The translations under genes were made by a program, and so were the position numbers. The notes below the pieces were generated by a model. The model was not told where the DNA came from and ran no database searches. It worked only from the letters and a program-made list of their open reading frames with translations. Below, in pieces: positions 41,725 to 57,174 of a stretch of DNA of 64,000 nucleotides (positions are counted from its first letter, which is position 1; every line of letters begins with the position of its first letter). Source of the DNA: Octopus vulgaris (Eukaryota). The DNA lies in assembly GCA_951406725.2 (NCBI GenBank), contig OX597815.1:143530001-143594000 (forward strand). Direction: 5' to 3'.

Positions 41725-42075
41725 GTGACTGTGTGGTAAGTAGTTTGCGTACCAACCACATGGATCCAGGTTCAGTCCCACTTCATAGCACCTTGGGCAA
41801 ATGTCTTCTACTATAGCCTCAGGCCAACCAAAACCTTGTGAGTGGATTTGGTAGACAGAAATTGAAAGAAGCCAGTTGTACACAAACACACACACACACA
41901 TACATATATGTATGTGTGGGTGGGTGGCTTGACAACTAATGCTGGTGTGTTTATGTCCCTGTAACTTAGCAGTTCAGCAAAAAAGACCAATAGAATAAGT
42001 ACTAGGCTTCCAAAGAATAAGTCCTGGAGTCGATTTGTTCAATTAAAGGCAGTCAAATGACTGAAACAAGTAAAA
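41725..42075 (+). mobile_element. Composite CORE-like SINE family 2 (tRNA head, accttgggcaa core, microsatellite, 3' module)
   Basis: gtggtaagtagtttgc..ggttcagtccca..accttgggcaaatgtcttctactatagcc, then (CA/TG)n, then taacttagcagttcagcaaaa..aatgactgaaac. Other copies at about 3775-4125, 4545-4880, 4915-5100, 24465-24640, 25195-25345, 50870-51530, 61850-62220. Confidence 0.85.
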
Positions 42076-42076
42076 A

Positions 42077-42122
<46 letters not shown>

Positions 42123-43211
42123 GCATATGCTTACAAATATATATTGGTTTCAAATTTTGGTACAAGACCAACAATTTCAGGGGAAGGGGAAGTTGATTAC
42201 ATTGACCCGAGTGCTAAACTGGTACTTATTTTATTTATTGACCACAGAGGGATGAAAGGCAAAGCTGCCCTTGGTCAAATTTGAAGTCAGATAAAGACAG
42301 ATGAAATGGTGCTAAGCATTTTGCCCTGTGCACTAACAATTCTTCCAGCTTGCCACCTTTACATACATTTATATTTATATATATATATATACACATACAT
42401 ACACACACACAAACACACTCTGCTGTGATGATTTTAAAATACAACACTTAAAAACCTAACAGTATATATTTTTTTTAGCCTGCTGAAGAAATTTTGCCTA
42501 ACATAATGATTTTAGTAATTGCTATTTAATCTATTAGGTTTAACTGAAACAGCTGTAAGAGACCATGTTTGATTTTTGCAGATAATAATTTTTTATTAAA
42601 TGTTATATCTCTATTTTCTTACTTCCTTTTGAATGATTATCAACCATGATCTATAATATATATATATCATATATATATTTGCATTCTTAGTGTACACAGA
42701 TCAGTATGAAACTCAAGTCACAAGGAAAATAATTCAGTTAAATAAACAATGTATGCAATACATATGCATTAAGTACTCACGCTTTCACTTTCATATACAA
42801 ACAGCAATATTTTAATGTGTGTGTGTGTGAAGAAAGAGTGAGAGAGAGAGTGTCTGCATGTTAAAAGCAAAGTAAAATTATGAATATGATGATGACGGTG
42901 AATATAAATATGGTAACATTTAACTAATGTTAATGAAATTCATACAGATAGACAGATAGAGAGAGATACACTGACAGACATAAAGACATATAAACCATTA
43001 TTATCAGGCAGGTTTTCCAATATTTTAGCCCTCCAAACACACATACACACACGCATTCTCTCTCTCTCTCTCTCTCACACAGTCCAAATAAAACACATAC
43101 CAGCAAAAACAAAAACTAACAAAAAATACATCACACCATTTCTAACACATGTACACCACCCACCCATATCATGCTACCATTGTATACATAAGTGTGTGTG
43201 TGTACTAGAAT

Positions 43212-43246
<35 letters not shown>

Positions 43247-43247
43247 A

Positions 43248-43282
<35 letters not shown>

Positions 43283-44028
43283 GTGATGCCAGGGGGCTGA
43301 TGCCATGCCTGCCAGTCACCTCAAACACTACAGTGGCACCACCACCTCTACAACCGCTCCACTTTCTGCTATCCATACCTACCTCCCCTCCCTGACCAAA
43401 CTTATTATTCCATTGTTTTCTACTCTTTCATGTCTGCTATTCCATCCATCCATCCATCAATCCACACATACACCCTCACCACTACCACTATCACCACATT
43501 CACGTTTTTTTTCTTTACTGAAGAATACACTATCACCACCACCACCACCACCACCACCACCATTACCATAATCTCTCACCCACCCCCTCTCCATGCCAGC
43601 AAACATCCCCCCCTTCATTTCCAACATATCTACACAATTGCCTCTAGTTTAAGGTTATTGTTGTTCTTGTTGCTGCTGCCACTACCATTGTTGCTGTTGT
43701 TGTTGTTGTTGTTGCTGTTACAGTTGTTAGAAAAAAGTTGCTGCTGTTGTTATTGTGTCTGTGAGTGTTGTTGCCACTGTTTTTGTTATTCTTTATGTCA
43801 ATATTGACAGTAATATTATTGTTGCTGCTGTTATTGCTATTGTAGTTTACTTTGCTGCTGCTGTTGTTGTTGTTATTGTTTTTCATGATGATGATGATGA
43901 TGATGATGGTAATGATGTTTTTTGCTACTGTTATCACTTCCTGCTAGTCCACCCCGGCCACTTCCCTCATCTATTAAACCTCCCCAACACACATTTCTTC
44001 AGAAAAAGCCATTTTTAACATCTGGATA

Positions 44029-44080
<52 letters not shown>

Positions 44081-44269
44081 GTCTATATTATATGAAAGAT
44101 ATAAAATAACAGATACATACCCCCACTCCCTGATTACTTCCCTTGTCATTGAAACTCTTTTTAACAATGGAGGAAGAGAAAATGCTCAATACTTGCCTCT
44201 ATTGCACTCCCCACTTTGTGTGTATTTAAGCATGTATGTATGAATGTGTGTGTGTGTGTATATATATTG

Positions 44270-44607
<338 letters not shown>

Positions 44608-45851
44608 GTTTGTGCATATGTGTATCTTACAAACATACCACATGTGCTCACAGTCAAACATAAATGTATAGATACATAAAGAATTGTAAAATTGAAAAAA
44701 AAAAACTTTCCCATAGCCAAAATGGTAATATCACAATTCATTCAAATATTCATTGGTAACAACAACAAAAAAACATCAACTACTAGCACCACAACCACCA
44801 CCATGATTTTACCAACAACAACAACAACAACAACATTAGCAAGAAGACTAGTGTAAAACTTGTTTGAAATCCAAATAAAAGCATTGTGATTAGAAATAAT
44901 CTGTTCTTCTTTATAGAAGTACAAGGAAGTTTAAAAGATGGCTTTAATAATTAGATTGGAGTCGGCTTATTTTTCCGCTACATTCTCCAAGCATCTGGTT
45001 TCTTTCTCAACAAACACACTGCAGAACTATTCTTTGTATTTGCATTTATTATTGTTGTTGTTGTTGTTGTTGCTGCTGCTGCTGTTGTTTTTGTTGTTGT
45101 TGTTTGTTTGTTTGTAGACGTTTTCAATATTGCTGTATTCTTTCTTTGTTTTAAGGGTGTGCCTATGTATGTGTGTATGTATGTATGTATGTATGTATGT
45201 GTGTATGTATGTATGTATGTGTGTATGTGTGTGTATGTGTGTATGTATGTATGTATGTATGTATGTCTATGTCTATCTGTTTGTGTGTGTACAAGCATGG
45301 TGAAGGTAGTGATGGTTGTAGCAGTGATGGTGATGGTTGTAGCAGTGTTGATGGCAATGGTATGGGTGATGGTGGCTGTGGTGTCGGGTTCAGCAGTGTT
45401 GGTAGAGTTAATAGTGATGACAATGGTGTTACCAGAATTGGCATGGCAATGATCATGGTGATGATGGCAGTGGTGTTAGTGGTGCTTGTGATGGTATGAT
45501 GGCAGTGGTGGCAGCAGTATTGGTGTTGCTGATGGTTATGCTGGCAATAGTGGTGGTGGTGGTGATGGTGGTGGTTAAAGGGGGAATGGTGACGATGATG
45601 ATATAAAGGTCTCTTGAGCCTTGTCCTTGACTCACTTTCAACCTAACATCATTTCTGATGCCGCTCTGCTTCACACATCACACACATAAACACACACACT
45701 TACATACACACTACACTCTCAAACATAAACAAAATGTAATAAAGAGTGAACTGCACAAACATATTTTTTGGTGAATATCCAAACTGTTATGTTAATGTCT
45801 ATTCAAACACATCTGTATTCAACCCCCCCCACACACACATATTTTAAACAT

Positions 45852-45929
<78 letters not shown>

Positions 45930-46064
45930 GTATACACATGTATGTATACATATTTACATGCACACATTATGATGTATACACACTCTCATACATATTTTCA
46001 TGTATATATTTGCATTTGAATTTAAAAGCTCTTATCTTTAACTGTATATAAGCTTATATAAATG

Positions 46065-47262
46065 TATCATCATTATCATTATTTAACATCCGTTTTCCAT
46101 GCTGGCATGGGTTGGATGGTTTGACATGGAAACGGCCAACCAGGGAGCTGTCCAGACTCCAGCTGTTTGTTGTAGCCTGGTTTCTATGCCCTTCCTAATA
46201 CCATCCACTTTACAGAGTGTGCTGGGTACTTTTGGCATGCCATTGACAAGGGTGCATTCACACAGCACCAGCATGAACGTTTTCATGTGGCACCAGCACC
46301 TGCAAAGGACAAGCTTGTATGTATGGATGACAGCAATTTTACTTGGCTTGATACATCTTCTCAAGTACAGCAAATTGCCACAACTCCCAGTCCCTTGTCA
46401 TTTCCTCAGTGGGGCCCAGCATCTGAAGATTCTTTCTCACCACATCATCCCACATCTTCCTGAGTCTACACCTTCCATGGGCTCCCTCCACAATTAGTGT
46501 TCAGCACAGCTGTCCTCATCCATATGCATCACATGACCAAACTAGCACATTATTCTCTCTTGCACACAACATCTGATGCCTTTTATGCCCAGTTTTCCTC
46601 TTAAATCATTTACACTCTGTCATGCATGCACAATGACTTTACCCATCCAGTGCAATATGCTAGGTTCAAGCCTTCACAAGTCTTCTGTAGCCAACGCCTA
46701 TGTTTCACTGCTGTGTAACACAGGCATCCTATAATCTGCCTTTCACTCTGAATGAGAGGCCCTTAGTTACCAACAAAAGCAGAAGCTCTCTGAACTTTGC
46801 CCAGCCCATTCTTATTCTAGCAACTACACTTTCAGAACACCCTTCTCCACTGCTAACATGGTCTCCTATGTAACAGAAGTTATCTACTACTTCTAATGAT
46901 CCCCCGAGCATTTGAGAGAGTCTATTATCTACACGTTTTTAGTGCTTATTGTACCTGCACATTTGCCACACGCAAAGACTATTTTCTCGATTAACCTTCC
47001 TGTGATACTGTGACATCTCTTATGTGTCCAAAGCTTGCACTGCATGCAACATATGGAGTTTCTACCAACACCCTTCTTACATATTGAGCAGGGCCATCTC
47101 CCTGAAGAGACCTTCAATTTATCTGTTTTCCCACTTACTAGGACTTTGGTTTTTGCTAAAGTAACTCTAAGGCCTTTAAATTCCAGGCCTTGCTTTCACA
47201 CCTGAAATTTCTTCTCTTGGTCAGGTAGTGATTAGTGATTCAGTTATGAGAACAAAGTCATC
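46065..47262 (-). mobile_element. 5'-truncated RTE LINE (YADD region, PHD-like insert, RT end, 3' UTR and tail)
   Basis: ORFs 46929-47117 (WPCSICKKGVGRNSICCMQCKLWTHKRC) and 46729-46911 (LEVVDNFCYIGD..ARIRMGWAKFREL). Tail motif catccgttttccatgctggcatgg at about 46087. Confidence 0.9.
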
Positions 47263-47481
47263 ACATATATATGGGTTAGGTGATGCACAGAGGAAAATAG
47301 AACTCGAAACATGAGTATACATGAACAGAAATTGCAGAGTGACTCAAAGGCCAAAAGTTTCATGCATTGGCACTTACCAAACTTTCAGCCCTTGAGTCAC
47401 TCTACTACTACTACTACTACTACTACTACCAATTATTAAAAACAAACATATATATATGTGTGAGTGTGTGTGTGTGTGTGT

Positions 47482-48010
47482 GAAGGTGCATAGCTTGGTA
47501 GTTAAGGTGCTCAGCTCACAATCCATAAAGTTGTGAGTTCAATTACCAGCAGTGTGTTGTGTCCTTGAGCAAGACATCTTACTTTGTGTGGCTCTAGTCC
47601 ACTCAGCTGGCAAAAATGAGTGGAACCTATATTTCAAGAGGCACATTATGTGTCACCGTGAATCTCTCTCTAAACCTTTTTTTTTTCTTTTCCTACTCTA
47701 GGCACAAGGTCTGAAATTTGGGGGAGGGGGTCAGTCAATTAGATCAACCCCAGTACGCAACTGGTACTTAATTTATTGACCCAAAAAGGATGAAAAGCAA
47801 AGTCAACACTGGCGGAATTTGAACTCAGAACATAAAGACAGATGACATACCGCTAAGCATTTCACCCGGCATGCTAAAATCTCTCTGTAAACTGTGATAG
47901 GAGTACACGTCTGTGATGTGCTCAGCCACTTGCAGAGTAATTACATGTGCAGGCTGTTCCCTTGATTGGATCAGCTGGAACCCTGATCATCCTAACCAAC
48001 AGAGTGCCAA
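47482..48010 (+). mobile_element. tRNA-derived SINE family 3 with a nested family-1 SINE
   Basis: tRNA-like head, gtgtccttgagcaagaca core, ctcagctggcaaaaatgagt. Uninterrupted copy at 63052-63345; related element at 59977-60270. Confidence 0.75.
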
Positions 48011-48344
48011 TATAACACACACACACACATTTACTTCTTATATTCAATATTTATTGTTTTAGTCATCTGAGTTGGCATTGTCTACCTTGTTTACTCAGAT
48101 ATAATGTCCTTTCATCAAATATCAACAGTTGGTGTTATGCTGTCTCACTGAATTAATATAGTGAAAATAACAGCTGTAGAATAGACAATAAAGCACCATA
48201 AGCTGTAGTTTATTTTATGACTAGTTTTGGTGCCACTAGTTCTGAGTTCAAAATCATACTTATGGAGTTGACAGAGAAGAGTTCAGAAGCATATTTGCCT
48301 ACTTTCACTTTTGCTGACAAAGTAAAAATGCACATAGCACAATA

Positions 48345-48576
48345 TTTAACCCTTTAGCATTCAGATTACTTTGTCAAATGTAATGCTTAGGTATTCACAT
48401 TCATTTTAAATTAAACATGCATTATTTCATAGCTTTGAGATTTCGACAATGTGATTGTTTATTTGTAAAATTATACTATAGGGTATAGGTGTGAATAGCT
48501 AGATACAACCAGTTTGAAGGTAAAAGAGGTAGAATATTTTGGCTAGATATGGCCAGTTTAAATGCTAAAGAGCTAA
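48345..48576. mobile_element. TTAA-flanked piggyBac-type MITE (second copy)
   Basis: ttaaccctttagcatt ... aatgctaaagagctaa; internal sequence colinear with 16759-16984. Confidence 0.75.
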
Positions 48577-49782
48577 GGTGCGTGATGCTACATTGCAGAG
48601 GAGAGATCTGTGGTGGTAGATTATATGAAGTATGTGTAAGATGTGTGCAATACTACCTGGTAGTGAGACATGGATAATGAATGTGGGATATCTGTGGAGG
48701 TAGATGTGAGAGATCAGTGAAGGCTGGAGTGAGATGATTTGAATTTGAGCTACTGGCTGGACATTAGAAAGATATCAAGTGATGTATGAAAAAAAATTCA
48801 CTGATATACACATGTAAACATGAGTTTTTTGGTTCAAGATCCAAATGAGACAATTGGGCAATGCTGCTTGGATGCTGGTCATTTGACATGGCCATGGCGA
48901 ACTGAACATTGAGCTTGCTTTGGCAAACAGTACTTTTTGGTACTAGGGGCAAACACACTCACACACAAACATGCATGCACAGTAATATACACATACAGAC
49001 AGAAAGTATGAAAGAAACAGAGATATTACAATTTATTAATTGAACACAACTGATGTTAGCATTTTCCATCTCCTCATACATATTAAAAAGAAATATGTTC
49101 ACACACATAAACAGAAAGAGAGAGAGAGGAGAAAAAGAAAGAGTGGGGAGAGAGAAAACAAGAGAAACAGTAAAAGGAGGGGAATATCAAAATGTCCCAC
49201 ATCAAATAAGTGAGCATCATAATCAGCATAGCCAAAACAGCTGTGCCCAAACATTTCATAGCTATTCAAGATATGTGTAAACAAGAAAGACATGAGATGA
49301 ACACAGAGCAATTAAACCACATCAGCATAAGTAAACTGGTATATAGTAGAGGGACTTATGGTTACTGTGTAATATGGATTGTGGATGAGCCTTGATGTAC
49401 CAGAATCAGGATCAAAATCACTCCAGCCACAACCATCCAGTCTGTTTTTAGGAATTTGTAAGACTACATTATCAGACACGTATGGTTTCTTATTTAAAGT
49501 GATAAGATGTGATTTAACTGCAATTTCTAGCAAGTCAAGAGATTGCACAGTTCTCGCTCCTTAGCTTGGTGGTGGTAATGCTGTGACAATGATGACGATG
49601 ATGATGATGACAACAATGCTGGATGACGATGAGAACAACAACAGCAATGATATGAAGATATGATGATGATGATGATGATGATGATGATGGTGTTGATATA
49701 GAATCATATGTGCCTGTGTAAGGAACAGGGACTGCTGTTTGAAATACTGTTTACAGATGTGTGGGCTAGATTATGGTGTCAT

Positions 49783-49840
<58 letters not shown>

Positions 49841-50373
49841 TAGTAGTGGTAGTAGTAGTAGCAGCAGTAGCAGCAATGGCTGTGGTGGTGGTGGTGGTGG
49901 TGGTGGTGGTGTTAGCTGCTATATCAGGCTGTATCATCAGTGAAATATTCATAAGTGTAAATATTTAGTTAAGGGTTTAGACAAGGGGACACAACAACAA
50001 AACAACAACAATAGCAGCAGCAGCAGTAGGAGTGTGTGGTGTCGGGTGGGACTGAGTGGAGGTTGGGGAGGACTTAAGGGAGCTGCCTTTGTCGGTGATA
50101 ACCTGCTGGTTAGCTATGTATGTAAAATATAACACACAGCACCACAGCGCCAACGCATCCATTCTTGCTTCATAGTCCCAAGGGATGTATTCACAGAACT
50201 TCACCAACGCCACCATACCGTCATCACAACCAACAACAACAACAACAACATTACCACTACCACGACGACCACCACCACCACCAACACTACCAACAGAAAT
50301 ATCATTACTGTCCTTGAGATGTTGCCACTTCAGATCACATTAGTGATGGAATGGAAAGTTAAACACAGTATGG

Positions 50374-50404
<31 letters not shown>

Positions 50405-52019
50405 CAGTAGTGGTGGTGGTGGTGGTGACAGATCCTGATGATTCTACATTCAACAACTCAACAGGCATAGGCATGTACACACATACATAATGGTATTAGA
50501 AGCATTTTCCTACATACATTCTTTTTACTCACCACAGACACACACACATATATATACACTTGAGTATACAAAAATGCATACACATACATATACATACATA
50601 TATACACACACAAATATATACATACACACAAAAAACATATACATGTAAACAGTGGTGGGGTTGGAATAGAGAGGAATTATTTCTTTTTTTTTTTACCTTT
50701 TGAATAAACATTTTCACATGAGTTCCATCACAGTTTGTTTGCAATAGTAAAGTTCTTAAAACCATCCCCCATTTCTAGACCATCATAGTCTTGTTTCTTT
50801 GGCAGGAATTGATTATCAATGTGTTTTGGTGTCACTCTATAGCCAGCAGGGCAGATGTGATTTTGACATGCTTTGCAACCATGTGGCTTCAGTTTTAGTT
50901 CCACTGCACAGCACCTTGGCCAAGTGTCTTCTGCTATAGCCCCAGGCCACCCAATGTCATATAAGTAAATTTGGTAGACAGAAATTGTGTGGAAGCGCAT
51001 AGTTTTTATATCTATATATGTCTATGTGTCTGCGTCTTTATGTCTGTGTTTGTCAGCCAATGCCGCTTTGACTGGCTTCCATGCCAGTGGCACGTAAAAA
51101 GCACCATCTGATTGCAGTCGATGCCAGCTCCTCTGGCCCCTGTGCTGGTGGCATGTAAAAAGCACCCACTACACTCTCGGAGTGGTTTGCGTTAGGAAGA
51201 GCATCCAGCTGTAGAAACACTGCCAGATCAGATTGGGGCCTGGTGCAGCCTCCTGGCTTCCCAGACCCCAGTTGAACCATCCAACCCATGCTAGCATGGA
51301 AAACAGAAGTTAAACGGTGATGATGACGATGATGATGATGACCACTGCTTGACAACTAGTGTTGGTCCATTTATGTCTCTGTAACTTAGCAGTTTGGCAA
51401 AAAAGACTAAGAGAATAAATATCAAACTTTATAAAAAAAACATAAGTGTTGGGAGTGATTTGTTCGACTAAAACCCTTCAAGACGTTGCCCCAGTATGAC
51501 CACAATTCAATGACAGAAACAGTAAATGATATTAAAAAATGAGTGATTAATTTTGGTTTGCAATAGTGAATGTTGTCTGTGTGTTTATTTAAGCATTGTG
51601 TGGTATTACTTTTATTGTTAAGCAACTAATTTTGTTGGGAATTCTACAGAGTATAGGTATGTTGACCATAGTACTTGCCTATTAAATTCTGCTTTGTATT
51701 ATGCAGTGTCATGCATTACAATTGCTCTTTGTTGTGAATGCATGTTGAGAAAGTGAGAGAGTGTTATACATGTATGGCCTATATCATGGAGTACTGTCAG
51801 CCATATATGTAATTGACTTTGTAAGTTAAATGAAACAGACGTTAAATGATAATGCTGATAATGATGATTGAGCAAGCTTAGATACAGATTTACATATATG
51901 CGATCTGTTATTGATAAGAAGGTTTTCAGTTTTGGTACTTTTATTGTATATTACTCGTGTTAGTTTTATGGTTGGGTGACACATTTTGTGTTTTGCTTTA
52001 TGGGGGTTTTCATGATGTC

Positions 52020-52790
52020 ATAAAGGACACATTGGAAGACACCAGGAAATTAAAGGAAGACCCAGAAAACAATTCTATACTAAAACTCAACATCCTGAAT
52101 GCTGTAAATAAAATCCTAGCAATACGGTGACTCCATTTCTAGACATAAACATTAGATTCTAGAAAGATTCCAAATCTAAATACAGACGTTTTACTCCAAC
52201 AAAAACATTTTTGTACCCTCTGATAAGACTAAGAATAACTAATATGTCAACCCTAGTAAATACCATAAATTTCTTTTGAGCTCCAACACGAATAACTACA
52301 AAAAGATGAGATTCTTTTAAAATTCTACATGATACTAATACTAAAGTAAAAAGACTAACAACAGATTTAGAAGTAGAGACTAAAATGTTATGCTTGGTAG
52401 TAAAAAAAATCCCATATGCTACGTTTAAGGATCATAAGGCTAACTTTGCTAACAACCCCACAACCAAACTCGTTAATCTGACAAAAACACATACAGCAGC
52501 ATTATCAGCAAATACTTATTGATAAGGTAATCCCCAAAGTCTGATTATTGTCTCAGTTACTCATATTGAATAATTCAGATTCAGTCATGATGTGCTTTAA
52601 ATTCCTATCTCACAAACAAACAAATAAAAATTGTAAATTTACTCAGTTTAGCATAGAAAATTCCTACCCACCCATATTTGAATCCCTGTTTATAGATGCA
52701 TTAAATTTTTCAAAGAATTCCTCACTTAATACTATTTCTCAAATTAACAACATTATACATACTAGGAAGTCATTTGAATTTTTTTGAAAA
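52020..52790 (+). mobile_element. Decayed Penelope-like element RT fragment
   Basis: Broken motifs FVPSDKT.N, FKDHKANFANNPTTKLVN, FTQFSIENSYPPI (compare FIQFDI..FYPSI), LFIDALNFS. Confidence 0.7.
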
Positions 52791-53680
52791 CAGGATATCA
52801 AATATTCCCTTTTGACGCTAGCATAGAATCAAGAGATTTGGCTGAGAGAGGTGATACTCTAAGATTGCATATATTAACCCATTTACATATTAAGCTTCTA
52901 TATATTAATTTGGTTGTATTTACAGAAACTAGGGTCCATCTATCCTCAGAAATACCAATAAACAATGAACACAGAGGTCTTTCAGCAAAGTTACACATAT
53001 ACAGCTGAGTGAACTGGAACAAAGTGAAATGAAGTGTCTTGCTCAAGAACACAATGCACCATCTGGTCTGGAAGCCAAAACAACAATTTTGAAATTCTAA
53101 GACATGTACCATCACATACATAAGGAGACTTAAAGATAATTTAAATTACAATGCTAACTAGAAATTAATTGATGTGCCAAGCTACATAACTATTCTAATC
53201 AGACTTGTTTGCTTTGCCTCTCTGTATTCTATGCAATATTGTTTTCAATTGTTTCTCTACTTAATTAAAACACTGCATTGATTTCAAGGTTTATGCATGA
53301 ATGGTTTTGTATACCTATCTTTTCTTAAACTGTTTGTTAGATGACAAAAGCTGAGAATTGGTTATGAGAGTGATTTCCTTTTATAAACAGCATTGAAAAA
53401 CAGGAATGTTAAAATCTCATATAAAATAAAAATAAAAAAAAACACAAAACATAATTAGTTTCGTTTCATAAAGACAAAAAAAAAATGTTACCTTTTCACC
53501 CACATTTAGAAGAATAAATCAATCAATGGTCCAAAGTCCTCTTAATAATCTTAATTTTAAGATTTTAGTTTTCTTTGCAATTTTAGAATATCATATCAAT
53601 TTTAATGTTCTAGGGTATTTTAGACCCCGCTTATTCATTACATATGAAGACATACAAGGGTGATTTCCTTTTATAGACTA

Positions 53681-54051
53681 CTAGCAGTATCGCCCGGCGT
53701 TGCTCAGGTTTGTAAGGGAAATAACTATAAAGCATTTTTAGAGAGTTATAGCCAAAAAATAGCAAAAAAATTATGGTAAATTTTTTTTTTACTTAAAAAA
53801 GGTTGAGTTGCGTCCCCTAGACAGTCTGTGGTTTGTTTCTGATTCTCGACCCCATGTCGATTTTATCGATTTTTTTCAGAACTGGGGGAACTTTTCAAAA
53901 TTTTCGCTGCGTTAGTTTTGAATTATGACATTGGGCTATGTGTGTGTCAAGTTTCATCAGAATCGGTTGAAAGCCGTGGTCAGGGTGAGGGTACAAGCAA
54001 ACAGACACACAGAAACACGCACAGACAAACTGCCGTTTATATATAGAGAGA
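53681..54051 (-). mobile_element. Non-autonomous Helitron
   Basis: Minus strand begins TC (TCTCTCTATATATAAAC) and ends CTAG after a GC-rich imperfect hairpin (CCTGAGCAACGCCGGGCG). Inserted between A and T, no TSD, CpGs intact. Confidence 0.85.
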
Positions 54052-54256
54052 TGTCTCATACCAGATTCACCACAAAGGTTATGAATTGTATTCTTTCCAA
54101 CTATTATATTACAATTTGGTCTTATCCATTGCTATATTATCAATAAAAATACTTGTTAATCATGCACATACCTTCATAAATTGTTCAAAGTGAAAGTCTT
54201 TTTCAAAATCTGTGTTGTATTGTCTATATGTTGAAACACACACACGCACACAAATA

Positions 54257-54302
<46 letters not shown>

Positions 54303-54412
54303 GTTTTTTTTTTAAGTCTGTGTTGCGTCGACAGATTTGCATTTAAAATTCCCTGGCTTTTAAACAAAATTTGTTAGCTACTAAGGTGACAGCACTACCT
54401 ATTAGTCTATCT

Positions 54413-54512
<100 letters not shown>

Positions 54513-54669
54513 CTCTCAACAACTTTTTCTTCTACCCTTCTTCCCGCTCTCTATACAGAAATCATTATGGAGAGACAGATAGAGATCTGCTTCTCTTTAC
54601 TAATATAAGATTTAACACTGTGAGTCACCACCCATTACATTTTATAAACTATATTTTATATTCCTACAT

Positions 54670-54716
<47 letters not shown>

Positions 54717-55083
54717 TTTTATTTTGATACATCAGCTGTCTTATAAGTGAACCAGCAGCCTATTCCAGCCCTGTTTCTTTCTCAATTATTTTCCTTCCTA
54801 CTTACATCCTGTTCTATTATTTCCTTTCCCAAATCTTAAGTTTCATTATATATGCAAAATTTTGACAGAGGTCCTCGTTAGAATTCAGAAAATTCAACAG
54901 ACATAACTGCAGTAAACTGTCATCCTCTATAGTTTTCAGCTTTATTTTGTATATTTTTACATTTAGTTTGCGCTGCAACTAGTATCAAGTAATGTCTAAC
55001 TGTTGTTGTGTGTACTTTACAACAATAATTACAGCACACACACACACACATACACACACATGCACATACACACACATGCACAT

Positions 55084-55118
<35 letters not shown>

Positions 55119-56269
55119 CACACACACATATAGACATACATACACACACACACATATATACATACATACACACACACATATATACATACATACACACACA
55201 CATACATACATACATACACACATACACACACACACATACATACATACACACACATACATACATACACACATACATACATACATACATACATACATGCATA
55301 CATGCATACACGCATACATACACCCAATAGGAGGTAAAGACTGTCAAATGTAAGTGAGGCTATCATGTTACCCCACCCACTATAATTTGTGAAAACAACA
55401 GTAGTAGCAACAATAATTTTGCTGGTGGTGGTGCTGGTGGTGGTGGTAGCAATGGTGGGGGTACAAGTTGAAGTGGAGTAGAGGGGTTAGTAAGAATGAA
55501 CAGCAAATGTTTCAGTAGCTGAAACAGTTTAAAGCTGGATGGAAAGTATTGGAAAGAAAAGGTCAGATGTATATGCACATATATGTATGTTTATATGTAT
55601 TTGTGTTCGTAGGAATGTCTGTGTGTGTGTGTACATATATGTGTGTGTACATATATGTGTGTGTGTACATATATGTGTGTGTGTACATATATGTGTGTGT
55701 GTGTGTGTGTATAGATATATACATATATTTGTGTATGTGTGTGTCTATGTATGTACATATGTGTGTGTGTGTGTGTGTGTGTGTATGTATAGATATATAC
55801 ATATATTTTATATATAAAGTCAGACAGAGTGTGCAAGAGAGAAAAGGGTGTGTAATGGTTGTGGCAGAGTGTGCGGTTGGCAAACTTCCAACAGTCTGAT
55901 GTACCAGCAGGTCTTTTAATGCTCCAGTACCCTTGTTTACTGTGACCCTAAATAGGGATAACAACAAATGCATAAATATATTGCGAGCTTGTGCCTCGTG
56001 TCTCGGTAGACTGTCAAATTGTAAAGGTAACTATATATGTTACCTCAATAGAAGTTTAATTGCTTAGATAAGTAATTAGCTTTATAACTGAAGAATTGTA
56101 TAGTACATGAGAATTAAGAGATCAACAACTGCAATCAGGTGAATAATTAACTAAGCATAGACATATATGATTAGAAATATTTGGTCATAAAAAGTCAACT
56201 ACATACTACCAGATGACTACTAAAACTTCCACACTACCACAATAACATATCAGAAGATTGTTACTGCAA

Positions 56270-56505
56270 TACCTATTTCTTTACTTCCAACAAGGGGCTA
56301 AATACAGAGGGGACAAACAAGGACAGACAAACAGATTAAGTCAATTATATCGACTCCAGTGCGTAACTGGTACTTATTTAATAGACCCCGAAAGGCTGAA
56401 AGGCAAAGTCGACCTCGCCAGAATTTGAACTAAGAACGTAGCGGCAGACGAAATACTGCTAAGCATTTCGCCCGGTGTGCTAATGTTTCGTCCAGCTCAC
56501 CACCT
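56270..56505 (-). mobile_element. SINE family 1, near full-length copy
   Basis: Reverse complement aligns with 58429-58660, about 1.9 kb away in the opposite orientation. Confidence 0.9.
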
Positions 56506-57174
56506 TTGCTACTGCAATACCTTGGGACACTCGAAATAAAACACCCCAGAATACTGCTACAACACTGTTACAATACTGCCAGTAGAATACTCCAGAACAC
56601 TCCGTCTACATCATTCAAGACTAATACTACAACACCCAGAACACTAAACAACAATCACTACAACACCATTCTAAAACCCCTAAGACAACACCCAAAAACA
56701 ACCAAACATAACAGACTATACATAACAAAATAGAGGTAACATCATTAGCTACCAAAACTCTGTGTTAGGTTCTACTCATCTTTCTACTACTGCAATGTGA
56801 AACAAGAGCCAAAGAAGAGCAACTGTCACAGTCCAGCCATGTCCACCTGGCCTGCATCCCCTGTGGTCAGTGTGCAGTATTGTTGCCAACAAGGTTAAGG
56901 TATTCAATGTATGAAGGCATAAGATCTATAGACAACATCTACCTACATGCCATCCTGGGGCTGCACAACAGCAACAAGGTAGAAGCATATATGTAAGTAT
57001 GTATGTGTGTGTGTATGTGTGTGCATGTGTGTGTGTGGGTGTAAATGTATGTAGGAGGATATTCAACTACAATGAAGCGTGATAGCTAGGTTGTAAGATT
57101 ACAACTAAGCTGATTTAACTTAAATTATTAACATATACTGGGGGTTAATGTTAATAATTTAACATTATTAAAAT

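Noticed and set aside
44843-44856. Partial match to miR-7 (gaagactagtg)
   Set aside because: The seed start and 3' half differ and there is no precursor hairpin.
49977-50216. 79-aa ORF in unique CpG-containing sequence
   Set aside because: No splice-site support or recognisable motif, and it is flanked by trinucleotide repeats.
55830-55947. Possible extra minus-strand exon after ccctatttag
   Set aside because: The phase needed after exon A stops at once and there is no good donor.
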